This document shows positions 1-12,944 of a stretch of DNA of 64,000 nt, in pieces. The notes under the pieces were generated by a model. That model saw nothing but the letters and a program-made list of their open reading frames with translations, was not told the DNA's origin and did not search any database. Source of the stretch: Veleropilina oligotropha (taxonomy: Eukaryota); contig JBEUKZ010000050.1 of the NCBI GenBank assembly GCA_048128005.1, positions 62,001 through 126,000 on the forward strand, read 5' to 3'. The translations under genes and the position numbers were made by a program. Numbering within the stretch: position 1 is the first letter of the stretch; every line of letters begins with the position of its first letter.

Positions 1-401
1 GATGGAACTGACCTCCACATCTAGGCTGTTTTCGGATGACACCGCATGTCTTTAAATGGTCCTCGTGCCCAGTGACCAGGACAACCTCAAATGTGATCTA
101 GACAGGAGCCATGGTGGAAAATGTCATTAAACCCATCTAAGTGCTCCGTCATCCACATGTTCCGCCGTCGTTCCACCTTCTATCGTAACTATCACCTACA
201 CGGTCACAGACTCCGACCATGTACGGCACCATATGAAGATATGAAGTGGGGGCCTCACATTCAGAGTATCACTGGCTAGGCAAACAGGACCCTTTCGTTC
301 TTAGCAACATGAAAATCTCAAAGAAGTCTGTCAAACAAGCCGCATACAAAACTCTCGTAGGCTCCACCCTCGAATATGCAATCCTGCGTGGACACATACA
401 C
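1..401 (+). pseudogene. Decayed CR1/L2-group LINE reverse transcriptase, 5' piece
   Basis: Frame from nt 2 reads TSTSRLFSDDTAC (RLFADDT-type RT motif), then degenerate NPSKCSVIH and AYKTLVGSTLEYA; it stops at the 9-bp TSD of the Mutator element. Confidence 0.8.
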
Positions 402-1724
402 GGGTGCGTCGATTTACCCCAATCGACCCCAGTCGAACCCCAATCGACCCCAATCGAACCCCAATCGACCTCAAGTATGCAGCAACGTACCTATATCAAC
501 TATAATATACATCGATAATGTAAATAATATGAATTATATTAATATTTTAGGCTTAATTGCAATTGCGTACTTCGTTTTTGAGTCCGTCGAAGTCGGGAGC
601 GCAAATGTTGAATTCAACTAAACGACTCTAATTAATAAAAATAAATGCTACTTTCAACATATTACAAAAGGTTTAAAGAAAGTTTAATTAATTCTGCGCC
701 GTATATTTGGGAAACTATATTTTAATGCGTTATTAAGTATTGTCTATCCCGCTGTTCGCGCAAATCGAAAACATTTCCCGAAACTGTATGCAACTATAAG
801 GCGCCGTAAACGAACCCCAATCGACAACAAAACTTGTTGAAATATAGGGCCGGAAATATACCCAATCAAATATAAAATGCATCAAGTGCATCCGAGCGCA
901 TCTGTAATGTGCATATTATAAGTTATATATCATTATTTTAAGCTCGATTGCAATTGCGTACTTTGTTTTTTAGTTCGTTGGACGCCCGGAACGCAAATGT
1001 CGAATTCACTTTAAACTATTAATGACAATCGGTCACAATCGACCTTATGCAATCTGCAACGAACACCAATCAACTATAATATGCATCAATAATGTGCATA
1101 ATATTAATTATATTATTATTTTAAGCCCAATTGCAATTGCGCACATCGTTTTTTAGTTCGACGAATGTCGAGAACGCAAAATTTGCATTCGAGAAACGGC
1201 TCTAATTAAACTTAACGAACTAAATCCAACTAGTAACATGCACATATTATAGACAACACAAATATATAATGAATTAGGTTATCTTTATTTGGTAATAATT
1301 ATTTTTATTGCTGTATAATATATTGTCCTTGTCGATTCCGTTATGTGCGCACATCGAAAACGTTTTACGACGCCGTTCAACAATACGGCAGCCGCACAGT
1401 AAACGAACACCCATCTACCTCAAAATTGGTCAAATGAACCTCAGCCATATATAATATATACATTATTAATTTATGAATTAAATCAGTAATTTGAGCCTGA
1501 TTGCAATTGCGTACATCGTTTTTAATTCTTCGAAAGTCGGGAACGCAAATGTTGAATTCGCGAAACGGCTCCCGAATTTCGGGTTGTCTCGAATGCAGTC
1601 CACTATTAGACTGCAGTTTAACAAAAGAACTTATGTATACGTTAAACAGATAAAACTTATTTCGTCATGCGTATAATATTTATCAATAATGATGTCGTTT
1701 CGTGCCTGGTGAACACGTCATTGA

Positions 1725-1864
1725 TCATACTTTGTGCTCGTCGGCGTACGCCATATAAGGCTCGGTTTCGAGATCAAAGGTTCACTTTCTGCTTCCTCAT
1801 ACTTTGTGCTCGTCGGCATACGCCATATAAGGCTCGGTTTCGAGATCAGAGGTTCACTTTCTGC
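1725..1864. repeat. 72-bp tandem duplication (2 copies) inside the MULE
   Basis: tcatactttgtgctcgtcggc.. starts at 1725 and again at 1797, with few differences. Confidence 0.9.
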
Positions 1865-2791
1865 AGCTGTGGACAGTATATTTTGGCACATCTCCAACGG
1901 TCGAACTCCAGTCAAAACAATCGCATAACAACTTGCTTGAACTAAACTTTGTTGATAGTTAAGTAGATATATTGATACTTCTCAGAGAAATAAAGTAATG
2001 AACTATGAAATATGGTTTGAAGTTTACAACGATTATCATTTCCTCGTGTTGGACTGTTAATATTTATTACCACACTTAGGCCAATGTCTTTTTTGAGTAA
2101 CATCATCACGCAATGGAATAAAAAAGTCATTTATCATAGGCCTATATAATTTATTAATGTACAAATACGACACATCAATATAACAATTGCATCACAACAA
2201 CAAACTAGTCACAATCATTATGCAAATTATGTTAAACAATTCGTTTACAAAACTAGTCGCAATTATTATGCAGATTATGTTAATCAATTCGTTTACAACA
2301 TGAGTATAGTATCGTAAATATTTTGAAATAATATTAATTGTTCAATGACAACAAACTAAATAATTAATGAAAGTTTGAATAGGCCCAATTTCATGAAACT
2401 GAATAATGTAATAATTATAGACGAACGTGATCTGATGTAACCGACGTTTTCGACTAATAGTTACAAGCAAATACCAAGATCGCATCAGCAATATAGCATA
2501 CCTATTATATTCGTTGCGAAATTTATCGTACTTGAATGGTGGTTCACTGATCACATAACGGTTAGTGAGGGGAAACGTTATATCAATGTTATTGTCCTTG
2601 AAGAAACATACATCGTGAAGAACTATACGAAGTTTGAATATTTGCAGAATGCATGCTGATTTCGAAAAGGGTGTACCGTATATCATGGGTAATACAAATT
2701 ATCTAGAGCCCTGTGTGTAGTAACAATGTTGAAATAAAAGATAATTCTTTTTCATTTCACAGAAAGTTGTTTTATTAGCAGTTATTATAAA

Positions 2792-4196
2792 CTAGCCAGT
2801 GCCCGTGGGGTAATTAAATCTCTAGACGCCCAAATCAGTGAGGTATTGATCTTTCAACCCCTAAATCAATAGGGGCACTTCCTGACACCTGGGGAGTGTA
2901 CGTGTATGTGAAGTACCCACTGTACTATTATTATATTTTGGTCTGTCAGATAAAAAATTTGTAGTTAATTTTTGATATGTAGTTTGTGGTATGTTGAAAT
3001 CCGGGGTTGAAAGTCAAATGAAATTAACTGATTTTGGAAGAAAAATACATTGGGAAATGAATTTGTATGTGCTAGTCGAGGCTTTTACACCGACAGATTT
3101 TTACAAATATTCGAACGTTGGTTTCCAGTGCAAAAGCACGTTGAAATCAACTCGTTGTTTCAATGACGAATTTATATTGTACCGTACTTTCCCGGCATAA
3201 AAAATACGTAGGCTTTTAAAAACATGTTAATCATTTAATAAAGGAAAATACAATAGACTCGTCGTTTCAATGACGATTGACTCGTCGTTTCAATGACGAT
3301 TGTCTATAGTACCGTACTTTTCCCATAAAATAATAAATTATCTTTGTTGAAGCATATTGTGTTTAATGTATTACTTCCCTTTGTATCTTTGCATTTGTTT
3401 TGGGCAGAGTTCAATGGAAGTAAACGTTAGATAACGTTACCTAACGTTAGCTAACTATTCAAGTTGAACGGTTTTCTGAACAAAAATTGAGCAAAATAGA
3501 ACGGTCAGCAGACACTGTGTGTTTGCCAGGAAATAAAAAAAATTGAAATACATGCGAAGACGTCGAATAGTCTGAATAATACTTAACTAAAAGTTAATCT
3601 ATCATAATAATGCTATTAAATGTCTATGTATTTATCTTATTTTTATGCTCTCTGCTGTCTTGCATTGTAAATAACAACTTTGGTCGAACATGGAGGGGGG
3701 GGGGGTTAATTTAATTTGCAACGGTTATGTGCAGTAAAATTCATTCTATACCTAATGAAGTTAATATTAATAGTTAAATGGGTTATCTACAACACGTATA
3801 TGTTCAATAATAACAGCAGTATGGAATTAATATGCAGATGCAAAATATGTATTCTTGTACTTTCTAAATTACTTGTTTATTTAGAGACTTGATTTGTTCG
3901 TATGACGAAAATTATCACCTGTCGTTCATTATCCCAAGAAGCGTTAGGTAACGTTAGCTAACGTTAGCTACTATTGAACTTGCCCTTAGCGCTATGTTTT
4001 CGGAAAAATGCTAAAAAACATCCTTAATTTATATCCGTTGGCATTGTACTTTGGATATGCACTCCCGGGGGTGGCCAGCCATACACCCACCAACTTTGAA
4101 GACAATCGAGTCGACGGTTCTCGAGATATTTGAAGGACAAACAAACATACAAACAAACAAACAAATCCACAGAGATTTGCGGAATTAATAGAAGGA
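2792..4196 (-). mobile_element. Non-autonomous Helitron-like element
   Basis: On the minus strand it begins a|TC at 4196 followed by a (tttg)n tract and ends gggcactggCTAG|t at 2792, i.e. inserted between A and T with no TSD. The 3' hairpin is weak. Confidence 0.6.
3402..3985. mobile_element. MITE with ~45-bp imperfect TIRs
   Basis: gggcagagttcaat..aacgttagataacgttacctaacg versus cgttaggtaacgttagctaacgttagctactattgaacttgccc. The TSD is not clean (ttt/tta). Confidence 0.6.
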
Positions 4197-4757
4197 TATA
4201 TGCCTTGTTGAACTTATTTCATAGTATACTGTAATATGTATCTATAGACGCGCGTGATGAAACTATTAAAGTAGGCGCGCTGATAAATTCGACGTTTTCA
4301 ACTAATAGTTGCAAACAAATACGAAGATCGCAACAACAATAGATCAGACAAATTGTGTAACACTAACAAACAACAAAATATAATAGCTATGGCCAAGTGT
4401 TATAGTGGAACTTGATAATTATTGTGAAAATACAATATAACAATATATATATTATAGTAAAATATTACAATGATCAAATATTATACTAGAACTTGATATA
4501 CATTGTATATGTAAACAGCACACTAATTCAGTAAACGTTCGGAATACCCGTGTTGTATTCTGTGTGCAGAGCTCTAGATACGGGGCATATTTGCAAAAAT
4601 CTAGGCGAACATATACGCTATGTGTATATACAGATCTAATGAATATTGTGAAATGACCAAATGTTATAGTAGAATTAACTTGATATATGTAAAATCAATG
4701 TCCACACGCAGTTCACATAAGCACCTAATATTACTACTAGTAACTGACTTATTCAAT

Positions 4758-4977
4758 TCATTGTCTACTGTTTGTCCTTTCAGCCCTTGGTCGCTTTCTC
4801 TGATTTGGCTTTTTGGCCACGCGCGATACCAAAGGAATTGCAAAGTTCATGCTTGTAGCGTTCAATAGCTTATCATTGAATGTTCTTTTGTCGGATATAA
4901 ATCTTTTAAAATATTTCATTTTTTCTTGTTTGGTCTTGGCCAACCATGCCTCTGGTTTAATTTTGAATTTCGTGAAG
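4758..4977 (-). pseudogene. MULE transposase C-terminus
   Basis: Removing 4981-12944 plus one TSD copy gives the in-frame GNFQLTH-DFTKFKIKPEAW...AKKPNQRKRPRAERTNSRQ*. Confidence 0.88.
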
Positions 4978-5686
4978 TCATAGTCGGGGATCCAGGCACT
5001 GAAAATTTGAAGGACCGGACTTCGGCGTGTAACACTTTTTATATTATGTTTTTTGTATTGTTTGGACCTCTGGATGATATAAAAAATTGGTCTGCTCTGG
5101 CGGAAACCCTGCGAAAAAAAAATTGAGCGATATTTGTACATGTACAATACGTATATATTTTACAATATTGTCAAATACTGTTATTGGTCAATATGCGTAT
5201 GTGGTACATAGGGGACAGTTGAATATGCATGTCAAGCGAACATTAGATATATATTAATCAGATTACATAACAAAAAATGTTACAAAAGAGAGAATACACA
5301 AAATATATGCATTAAAATGTGAAATTGCACCATTTTTTTCCTAACGATTTGCAACAATAGCAGGATATATATTCCTGTAGTAAAAAGTTGAAAACAGCTA
5401 TCACGTCTATCAATACACCAAAAGTTCCCTCTATTATTCAGGCAATTGTGGTGTAAAAAGTGTGCAAAATTCTTGAATACTGACAAATCTGTGTATGTTT
5501 TGCTACCCCTACCCCCAAATTTATGAAATGGTACCGGCGCGGCAAATATTCCATAATATGTAAGATTGTGCAAAAACTATTTATTATAATACCTTGCAGC
5601 ATTAATAACAGGGAGTATACATGTCAGGGTCTATTTTCAGATGATGTTCAAGTCTGACAGAGAGGTGGCGATCATTTGGTGACAAC

Positions 5687-7038
5687 ATGGATCCTGAATT
5701 TCCGACGAAGTCAAAGAAGAGAAGTCGACCCCATACAGACTACACATGTTGTTTGATATGCCAGAAGGGCACAGAAGATGGTAGTCTGTACAAACTTACG
5801 ATTATGGGATATCCGGCACTTGTCTATGCTGTACAGAACAGGAGAGATGGGGTGGCCTTCAGACTCTCTAATGACTTGACAATTCAGGCAGATTTTATGA
5901 ACAAGCAGCCAGTGATGCATGGCCGATGTCGCTCTGCATATACAAATCGCATATACAAACTGTTGATCAGAAGACCAGTGCACCAGCACAGCAGAACGAT
6001 AGTGTACAACCAAACTCTGAACACGAAAGGACAAGATCTTCCACGCCATCTTCATTACACTGTAAAATGGATTGTTTCATTTGTGAAAAAGCGCGTAGTA
6101 AAAAGGGAGATCGCCGCCTTGTGCTCATTTCGGCTATGGATCGGCAAAATGCAATCTGGGAAAAAGCCAAACAACTTAATGATGAATCAATGCTACGCAA
6201 GCTTCAGGGCTTTGGAAATCAGTGTACGGACATGGTCGCGGGTGACTTTAAGTACCACCGGTTGTGCATGACTTTATACTTAACCACTAGGAGTAGGAAC
6301 GATACATTTCCGAAGCCTGAGACCGATCCGTTTGATGGTGCTATGTCTCAGCTTATTTCGGAGATAGATGGACCTGTTTTTGAAGATGGGTGTGTTTTCT
6401 TCCTTACTACATTACGAGATAGATTTTGTAAATATTTGACAGAACATGGGGGGACAAATCCCACAGCCTACAAATCTCAATGTCTGACGTCACGACTGCA
6501 AAAACATTATGCCATTGATGGTGGCTGCAGAATCATGGTTGTGCCACAGAAAGGAACATCAAGTTTGGTCTGCGCATCGAGCATGAGTGTTGGCCGCCTC
6601 ATTGCAGCAGTAAAGACTTTAAAGGAAACACTTAGTGAAGAAGAATATGCTGAAGACAGTGACAGGGAAATACCAAAGGAAGATTATCTGTGTACACAAC
6701 AGATGTCATATAATTCAGCCAGACATATGCGAATGGAGATAAAGCAACAAAGGCGGGCACATAACCAAGCTCTCAAGTTCCACAAAACTGGTACCAACCT
6801 TCAACTTGATGTGACCTCATCAAGTAAATCACTGGATACATCAGTTATTTCACCTGCTACCCAAGGCACTGCTGATTTATCAAAACCATTGCCTATTTCG
6901 TTGCCACACATGGATATCTCATATGCAGGGGCATCCCAACTTGTGTCCAATGACCTGTATAATCACATGGCATGGCTTGTAACAGATACATCGCCAGAAG
7001 TGGACGACGAGGGACGCGTGCGACTAGACCCAAAACAG
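5687..7038 (+). CDS. Academ protein exon 1 (Cys/His-rich N-terminus; one frameshift near 5948)
   Basis: CLICQ..HGRCRSAYTN in the 5687 frame switches to CFICEK..YHRLCM in the 5926 frame; donor cag|gtacaa at 7038/7039. Confidence 0.75.
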
Positions 7039-7159
7039 GTACAATACAATAATATAAATGAAAATATCACTTAATGTTCATTTTTCATCGCTATATAATT
7101 GCAATTGTAAGTTAGTATAATTGAACCTTTATGGTTTTATATTAAATTATATAGTTCAT

Positions 7160-7290
7160 AGGCATGATGGCGAGTGTGGTTACTGGTTTAGATTCATAAG
7201 CCCATGCGTATGTTTGCATTGTTACTTTGAGCCAGGCACTTCACTCCGCTTGCTTCAGTCGACTCAGTTTACATATACATGAGTACTTCG
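7160..7290 (+). mobile_element. Possible degenerate SINE in the Academ intron
   Basis: A-box-like tggcgagtgtgg and a ttgagccaggcactt..cttcagtcgactcag..atgagtac block resembling invertebrate SINE cores; no clear B box. Confidence 0.35.
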
Positions 7291-7611
7291 ATAATTGCGC
7301 GACAGTGGCACTTAGTAATGTAGGTTCATTTAAACACGCATATGTGCATCTGACATGGTACTAATACTCACAGAAAGACAATTGTGAAGTAATTTGTGCG
7401 AACCTAGCCCTTAACAAGACTAATTAACTATCACCTTTACTTCTACCTTTGCTTTATCGGTTATGATTATTGTCACCATCCACATTTTTTATGTACGTTT
7501 TCAATATTTCATGGTGAGACAGTTTGCATTGTATCATAATTTTCATCAATTGATATGTATTGTTTGGCATGGATATAAATAATAAATACATATATTAAAT
7601 TGTATTTGCAG

Positions 7612-10600
7612 CATGAACAGGTGCTCAACATCGCTCAGGATGTCAGTGCTGCTGTTGCGGGAATTCCTACACCAAAGCACGTGGGGACGGCACTCCATAT
7701 ACTCAAGGAGACCAGGAGCAAGGAAACTGTTACTCTGTTAAATAGGTTTGGAAACTCTATTAGCTATCAGGATGCCCAACGATATATATCAACAATGGCA
7801 GCAACAGTTGAGGAACAGGTGAATAGGATTGGAGTATTCATCCCAACGAACTTAAAGGTAGGGCTATTCACCCAGTATGCATTTGACAACTTAGATTTTC
7901 ATGAATTCACAACAGATGGTCGGACATTACATGGCACAACACACATCATATATCAGCACCCCCGCCAAGACTATGAATCTACGCCCATGGCTAGTGTACC
8001 ATTACTGAAAACACGTCAATCAGCCTTAAAAGTCACACTCCCCTTTAATACAAAGGAAAGTTATCTGAGCCTTAAAGATCGCCGGATGAGCCGCTCCTTG
8101 GTAGGCATTGAGACACAATACACACATCCAGATAAATTGAGCGAGCCCCTTGATCAGTTGAGCATTCTCTGGCGCCTAGTGCATATGTTTCCAACAGTTC
8201 TACTGGATGGCATTGACCCTATCCACACAGCTCCTACGTGGAGTAAGTTTCAACATTTTCTTATTCCTGAGCTCACCGCAGCAACAATTATTGGATACGG
8301 CCCTTTCTTCCCAAAGGCACCCACAAACCCAGATGTTGTTGAAACATCCGTGGAGTACTGTATTGACGTTTCTATGCAAATGGATCAGGAGTTCACAATC
8401 ATAACATGTGACCAAGCCATCTATGAAGTTGTGTTAGGATTGCAGAAGAAGAAACCACAGAAATATTCGAAACTCATAATACGCATGGGTGGCTTTCATA
8501 TTGCTCAAAACTTTCTTGGTGCTATTGGTCATCTCATGAAGGCTACAGGAATTGAAGACATTCTGGTAGAAGCTGAAGTATGCCATAGTGGGACAGTGAA
8601 CAAGATCATCGCAGGGAAAGATTATTATGCAATGTTGAGGGCACACAGTGTGATACATGCAGCAATGTTTGATCTACACTGGGCAGAATTTGAGAATTGG
8701 TTGGCCCACGAAGGAAAGGACCTTGATTGCATTTCACTTCTTGCTCCCAGTATACAGCTACTGGTGGAAGCTCTTTCAGAAAGAGATGAAGAGAAGGCAT
8801 TGCGTACATGCACTGAAGCAACAGAGCCATTGAAGGATATAACTATTCTTCTATCTGAATTTGATGACACATGCACATCTCCCACCCAAAAACTCTGGCT
8901 GATGTACATGGACATGGTCATGATTTTGAAGCGCTATATTCATTCCGAACGTGCAGGACTATGGGAAGAACATCTAGCTGAAGTAGAAACAATGTTGCCC
9001 TATCTGGTTAGTGCTGGACACTACAAGTATGTATCTTGTTTACCTCACTATCTAGAAGCCATGAGAGGACTCGAGTCATTGGCGCCCGATGTTGCAAGTG
9101 CATTCAGAGATGGAAAGTTCAATGTACGCCAAACTTCAGGAAAGTTTAATGGTGTATGGACTGACATGGCTCTGGAAAAGACATACAACCGTGATGCTAA
9201 AACAAAGCTCTTCACTGGAATCAGCCAGAATCCCACCGCCATGGATAAATATATACGTGCTCTCCCAGCCTTGACTGCTGTGTCAGAGCAGACCAAAGCC
9301 ATGGCACACTTGGACCATCGCAGTAACAAGCACCACGAGGACTCTGATAGCATAGCTGCAAAAGACGTAGAAACTGTGCAGAAAATAAAGGATGTCATTA
9401 AAGATAAAATGATCAACCCATTCACATGTGAATCCATGGATTTGTTGAACATATCTACTGGCCAGAAAGCTGCATCACATGACTTGATAACGGCACGGGA
9501 ATCTGGATTGGCAGCGTTGTTGAGAGCACGAGAATCAGGGAGTGAGAAAGTTGAACCCGTTAAACTCCAAACGTTTGCGACAAAGTCAAAAAAAAAACTT
9601 TCGCAGTCACTTAAGGCAAAACAGGTATATGAGGCAGAAAGCACAATTGTCAGAAATCTGTACTTCGTACAAGACCTGAATGAGGAACAGAAAGTAAATA
9701 TGTTCAGTCATGAATGGACAAAGTATCCTGCATCATTATTTGAACCCGATACAAGTCTTGTTCAAGGATATGCCATGCGGAAAGGCAATAAGTCTGACTA
9801 CTTGGTAGCATTGAAATCTTCTTTGGGTAATTCTTGGATACAAACAGACAAGCTCCCGCCATCAGACGAATCTGTTGCATTAGTTGTTGATGCCATGGCA
9901 TTTATTCAGCGAAACCAGCAAGCCGGTTGTAGTAACTTTCAAGAATTACAGGAACATTACATGAAGAAACTTATCAGTATCAAACCTGCTATGTGTGACT
10001 GTATCAACTTTATTGGGGATAGATATGATGTCCCGGCCACTGAAAGTCTGAAAGGTGAGGAACGTGAGAGGAGAGAAAACAACCAGAAAGCAACAAAGAA
10101 AGAATATGACCCTCGTGACACACTAGCTATCCCTGAATGGAAAGGTTATATTCAAAATAGCAAGAACAAGGCAAACCTTCTCAATTACATTGGAGAATCG
10201 TGGGAAAATCATCATATGTTGCTTCCAACTGGCCTCACGATAATATTGGGCGGTGTTTTCCATGATCCAGGCCGTACCCTGATGTTGTCTAGGGAAAGTT
10301 TGAAAGAGCTTCCAGAGCTGTCATGCAGAAAACACGAAGAAGCCGATACGCGGATCTTTGCACATGTAGCATATTGTGTGCAACACCTGGAATACAAACG
10401 GATTGTAGTGATGGCCACTGATACTGATGTGATAATGATGTGCATTTATTATAGCATGCATTTGCCTGACATTCAAGAGCTATGGGTTCATAAGATGGAT
10501 GTCTATGTACCAACCCATCATATTGCTACATCGCTGGCGAGCAAGTTTGGAATCGAAGATGAACGGCTATCCGCTGTCCTGCTCAGTGTCTACATTCTAA

Positions 10601-11196
10601 CTGGGTGTGACACAGTGAGTTATCCATTCCGGAGGGGGGAGAAGCATGCATACAAAATTGCCACAGAGTTCACTGAAAAACTGACTCCACTTGCAGAGTT
10701 TGGTAAGTCCTCTGAACATCTGAATGTAACCGATGATATCATGTCGGCCGCAAGGCAATGCTTCGTGTCACTATATAGCAGAAATGACTTCAGTGGCACA
10801 CTAGATGCACTCCGAGCACACCTTTTTGCAAATTCTAAAGGTGATTTGCGAAGTCTGCCCCCAACTGAGGATGCATTTCAGCTGCATGTTCTACGAGCGT
10901 TACATCAAATTGCTGTGTGCAAGCAGGCCCACTTGTCTGAACCATCATATCCCAAAGCATTGGAGTTTGGAAGGCAGATCGTCCAAGGCAGGTTGGTGGC
11001 AAAAATGATGGACAAGGAATCTAAACCAGTAGAATACAAACAAGCGAAGTATTGTCATTGCAAAAAAAGTAAATGCCTACAAGGTTGCACTTGTGCCAGA
11101 GCCAATGTGAAATGTGTGATTGCATGTCTATGTACTGGAAACCCTGCGAAATGTGCACGAGTTGAAATAATGTGTGATGAAAGTGATAATGATTAA
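7612..11196 (+). CDS. Academ protein exon 2: transposase, XPG/FEN1-like nuclease and C-terminal CXC/Cys8 finger
   Basis: Acceptor tatttgcag|CAT in phase 0 (joins as RLDPKQ|HEQVLNIAQD). Transposase-region motifs FDNLD, TCDQAIY, MGGFH, DMALE; XPG-like VVDAM, GDRYD, HEEADTR, DTDV, TGCDT; terminal CHCKKSKCLQGCTC..CVIACLC. ORF is uninterrupted. Confidence 0.9.
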   Translation, partial: HEQVLNIAQDVSAAVAGIPTPKHVGTALHILKETRSKETVTLLNRFGNSISYQDAQRYISTMAATVEEQVNRIGVFIPTNLKVGLFTQYAFDNLDFHEFTTDGRTLHGTTHIIYQHPRQDYESTPMASVPLLKTRQSALKVTLPFNTKESYLSLKDRRMSRSLVGIETQYTHPDKLSEPLDQLSILWRLVHMFPTVLLDGIDPIHTAPTWSKFQHFLIPELTAATIIGYGPFFPKAPTNPDVVETSVEYCIDVSMQMDQEFTIITCDQAIYEVVLGLQKKKPQKYSKLIIRMGGFHIAQNFLGAIGHLMKATGIEDILVEAEVCHSGTVNKIIAGKDYYAMLRAHSVIHAAMFDLHWAEFENWLAHEGKDLDCISLLAPSIQLLVEALSERDEEKALRTCTEATEPLKDITILLSEFDDTCTSPTQKLWLMYMDMVMILKRYIHSERAGLWEEHLAEVETMLPYLVSAGHYKYVSCLPHYLEAMRGLESLAPDVASAFRDGKFNVRQTSGKFNGVWTDMALEKTYNRDAKTKLFTGISQNPTAMDKYIRALPALTAVSEQTKAMAHLDHRSNKHHEDSDSIAAKDVETVQKIKDVIKDKMINPFTCESMDLLNISTGQKAASHDLITARESGLAALLRARESGSEKVEPVKLQTFATKSKKKLSQSLKAKQVYEAESTIVRNLYFVQDLNEEQKVNMFSHEWTKYPASLFEPDTSLVQGYAMRKGNKSDYLVALKSSLGNSWIQTDKLPPSDESVALVVDAMAFIQRNQQAGCSNFQELQEHYMKKLISIKPAMCDCINFIGDRYDVPATESLKGEERERRENNQKATKKEYDPRDTLAIPEWKGYIQNSKNKANLLNYIGESWENHHMLLPTGLTIILGGVFHDPGRTLMLSRESLKELPELSCRKHEEADTRIFAHVAYCVQHLEYKRIVVMATDTDVIMMCIYYSMHLPDIQELWVHKMDVYVPTHHIATSLASKFGIEDERLSAVLLSVYILTGCDTVSYPFRRGEKHAYKIATEFTEKLTPLAEFGKSSEHLNVTDDIMSAARQCFVSLYSRNDFSGTLDALRAHLFANSKGDLRSLPPTEDAFQLHVLRALHQIAVCKQAHLSEPSYPKALEFGRQIVQGRLVAKMMDKESKPVEYKQAKYCHCKKSKCLQGCTCARANVKCVIACLCTGNPAKCARVEIMCDESDND

Positions 11197-12944
11197 CTTT
11201 TGACTCCGAGCGCGAGATTAAGTGTCATTTTTGGATGTTTCGTATATATATATAGTTGTTGTTAACAATGTACAATCATGAACCATTTAGAATTGCATAA
11301 TAATGCATTAATATTTATAATACTAGTCACTGAGAATGATGTGATACTCTTTTGATTTACATATGCAATGGTATTTACAATTTAGTGATCTTCAGTTTGC
11401 TGTTCATTGTACACTTTCCTGTAACCATACTTGATATAACATTTTTTTGTTGTTGTTAAAATATTTAAAATAATATTATATTTGTTGTGTTATTTTTCAG
11501 GTTGAAAATATATTATTGTAATATCACACATAAGCATGCAATAATAATTATTATTATTATATTATGCATGTATATATTTGATTTGCTGCCCAAAATGGAC
11601 AAAGATATTGTGATTGGTGTTGGGCGCTCTTAGTTATTTAATATACAGTAGGCCTACATGATGTAGTATCTAGTGTGAAGGCATATAACGTACAGGAGTT
11701 GAAGCATTGTGTGACGACAGTGCGAGTAATTACTAATGATATACTGTTTGAACATGATATGTCAATGATTGATGCGTCAGGTATATTGTTTAAGACCACG
11801 ATATGTGCAATCTGAGTGCTGCAAAGTTATACTTAATAGTTATGTTCACAAATGTTCCAAACTATGTGCATAATTCTGATATTCTTCAATTGTGTTACGT
11901 ACCTGAACAATAATAATGTTATATTAATTAAAGTTATCTCATGTTTTCTCTAATACTACAATTTCGGGTGAAATAATATTTTATTTTAAGTATTGGTGAT
12001 CTTTAATATAGGCATATTACGTGTATATACATGTACGTTTGGAGATAAGTTCAAATGTACTAACCAGTATATAAATCATATATCACGCATATATATGTGC
12101 TCTTCATTGTATACGTATTTACAATTGTGTTATTTTTCATTTCAATTGGTGCTTAAGTTGTCAGTTACCATATGTCTTTTCACATTATTGAAATAGATCA
12201 ACATTATTAGTAATTTATACATTATTTTTCAATAACATGTATGTAATTACAATAAATTGTGCTTAAACTGCTTGAAATGTACATTTGATATAAAAACAGA
12301 CAACAAGTTACTGTGCATACCATCTCCAAAACACTGGATATTATTTTTTTGTTAAAACTCATTTTTATGTTTTTTTTTTCAAATATTGCTCAAACTTGGG
12401 GGTAGGGGTGGCAAAACATTAGGGGCTGGCTCAATTTTCCAAATTTTTATATAATTTCTTTTGCTAAAACTTACCTGAATAATATGGAGAAATTTTGATA
12501 TATTGATCAATGTGATAACTGTGTTCATGTCTTCACAGCACTGACATATAGCCAGTTATGCTGGCAAATCGTTGAAAAAAATGGATTCGATTTCACATTT
12601 AAATGACAATATTTTTTTAATCCAATGTCTTTTGATACATTTTGTTATATAATCGAATTAATATATGTATAATGTTCGCTTGACTAGTATATTCGACTGC
12701 CCTACATGTACCGTTTTGAGATATTGGCCAATAACAGTATTTGACATAATTGTAAAATATATACGCAGGGTACATGTACAAATATGGCTACAATTTTTTT
12801 TCGCAGGGTTTCCGCCAGAACAGACCAATTTTTTATTTCGCCTAAAGGTCCATATAATTAAAAAAACATAATATAAAAAGTGTTACAAGCCAAGTCCGGT
12901 CCATCCTGATTTAGAGGCTTTTGGGTGGTCTGGATCCCCGACTA

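Larger units (their letters stand above)
4981..12944 (+). mobile_element. AcademX DNA transposon (7964 bp)
   Basis: TAG..CTA termini (tagtcggggatccag / ctggatccccgacta); 3-bp TSD tca at 4978-4980 and 12945-12947; ~540-bp imperfect TIRs (~4981-5521 and ~12391-12944); encodes a transposase-XPG-Cys finger protein, the described Academ architecture. Confidence 0.92.

Noticed and set aside
2342..2686. 114-aa ORF as a second MULE gene
   Set aside because: No recognisable domain, AT-rich, and no supported splice structure.
5936..5961. 13-bp near-duplication as the cause of the Academ frameshift
   Set aside because: Removing 13 bp leads into the third frame and an immediate stop; the shift needs +1 or -2 nt.
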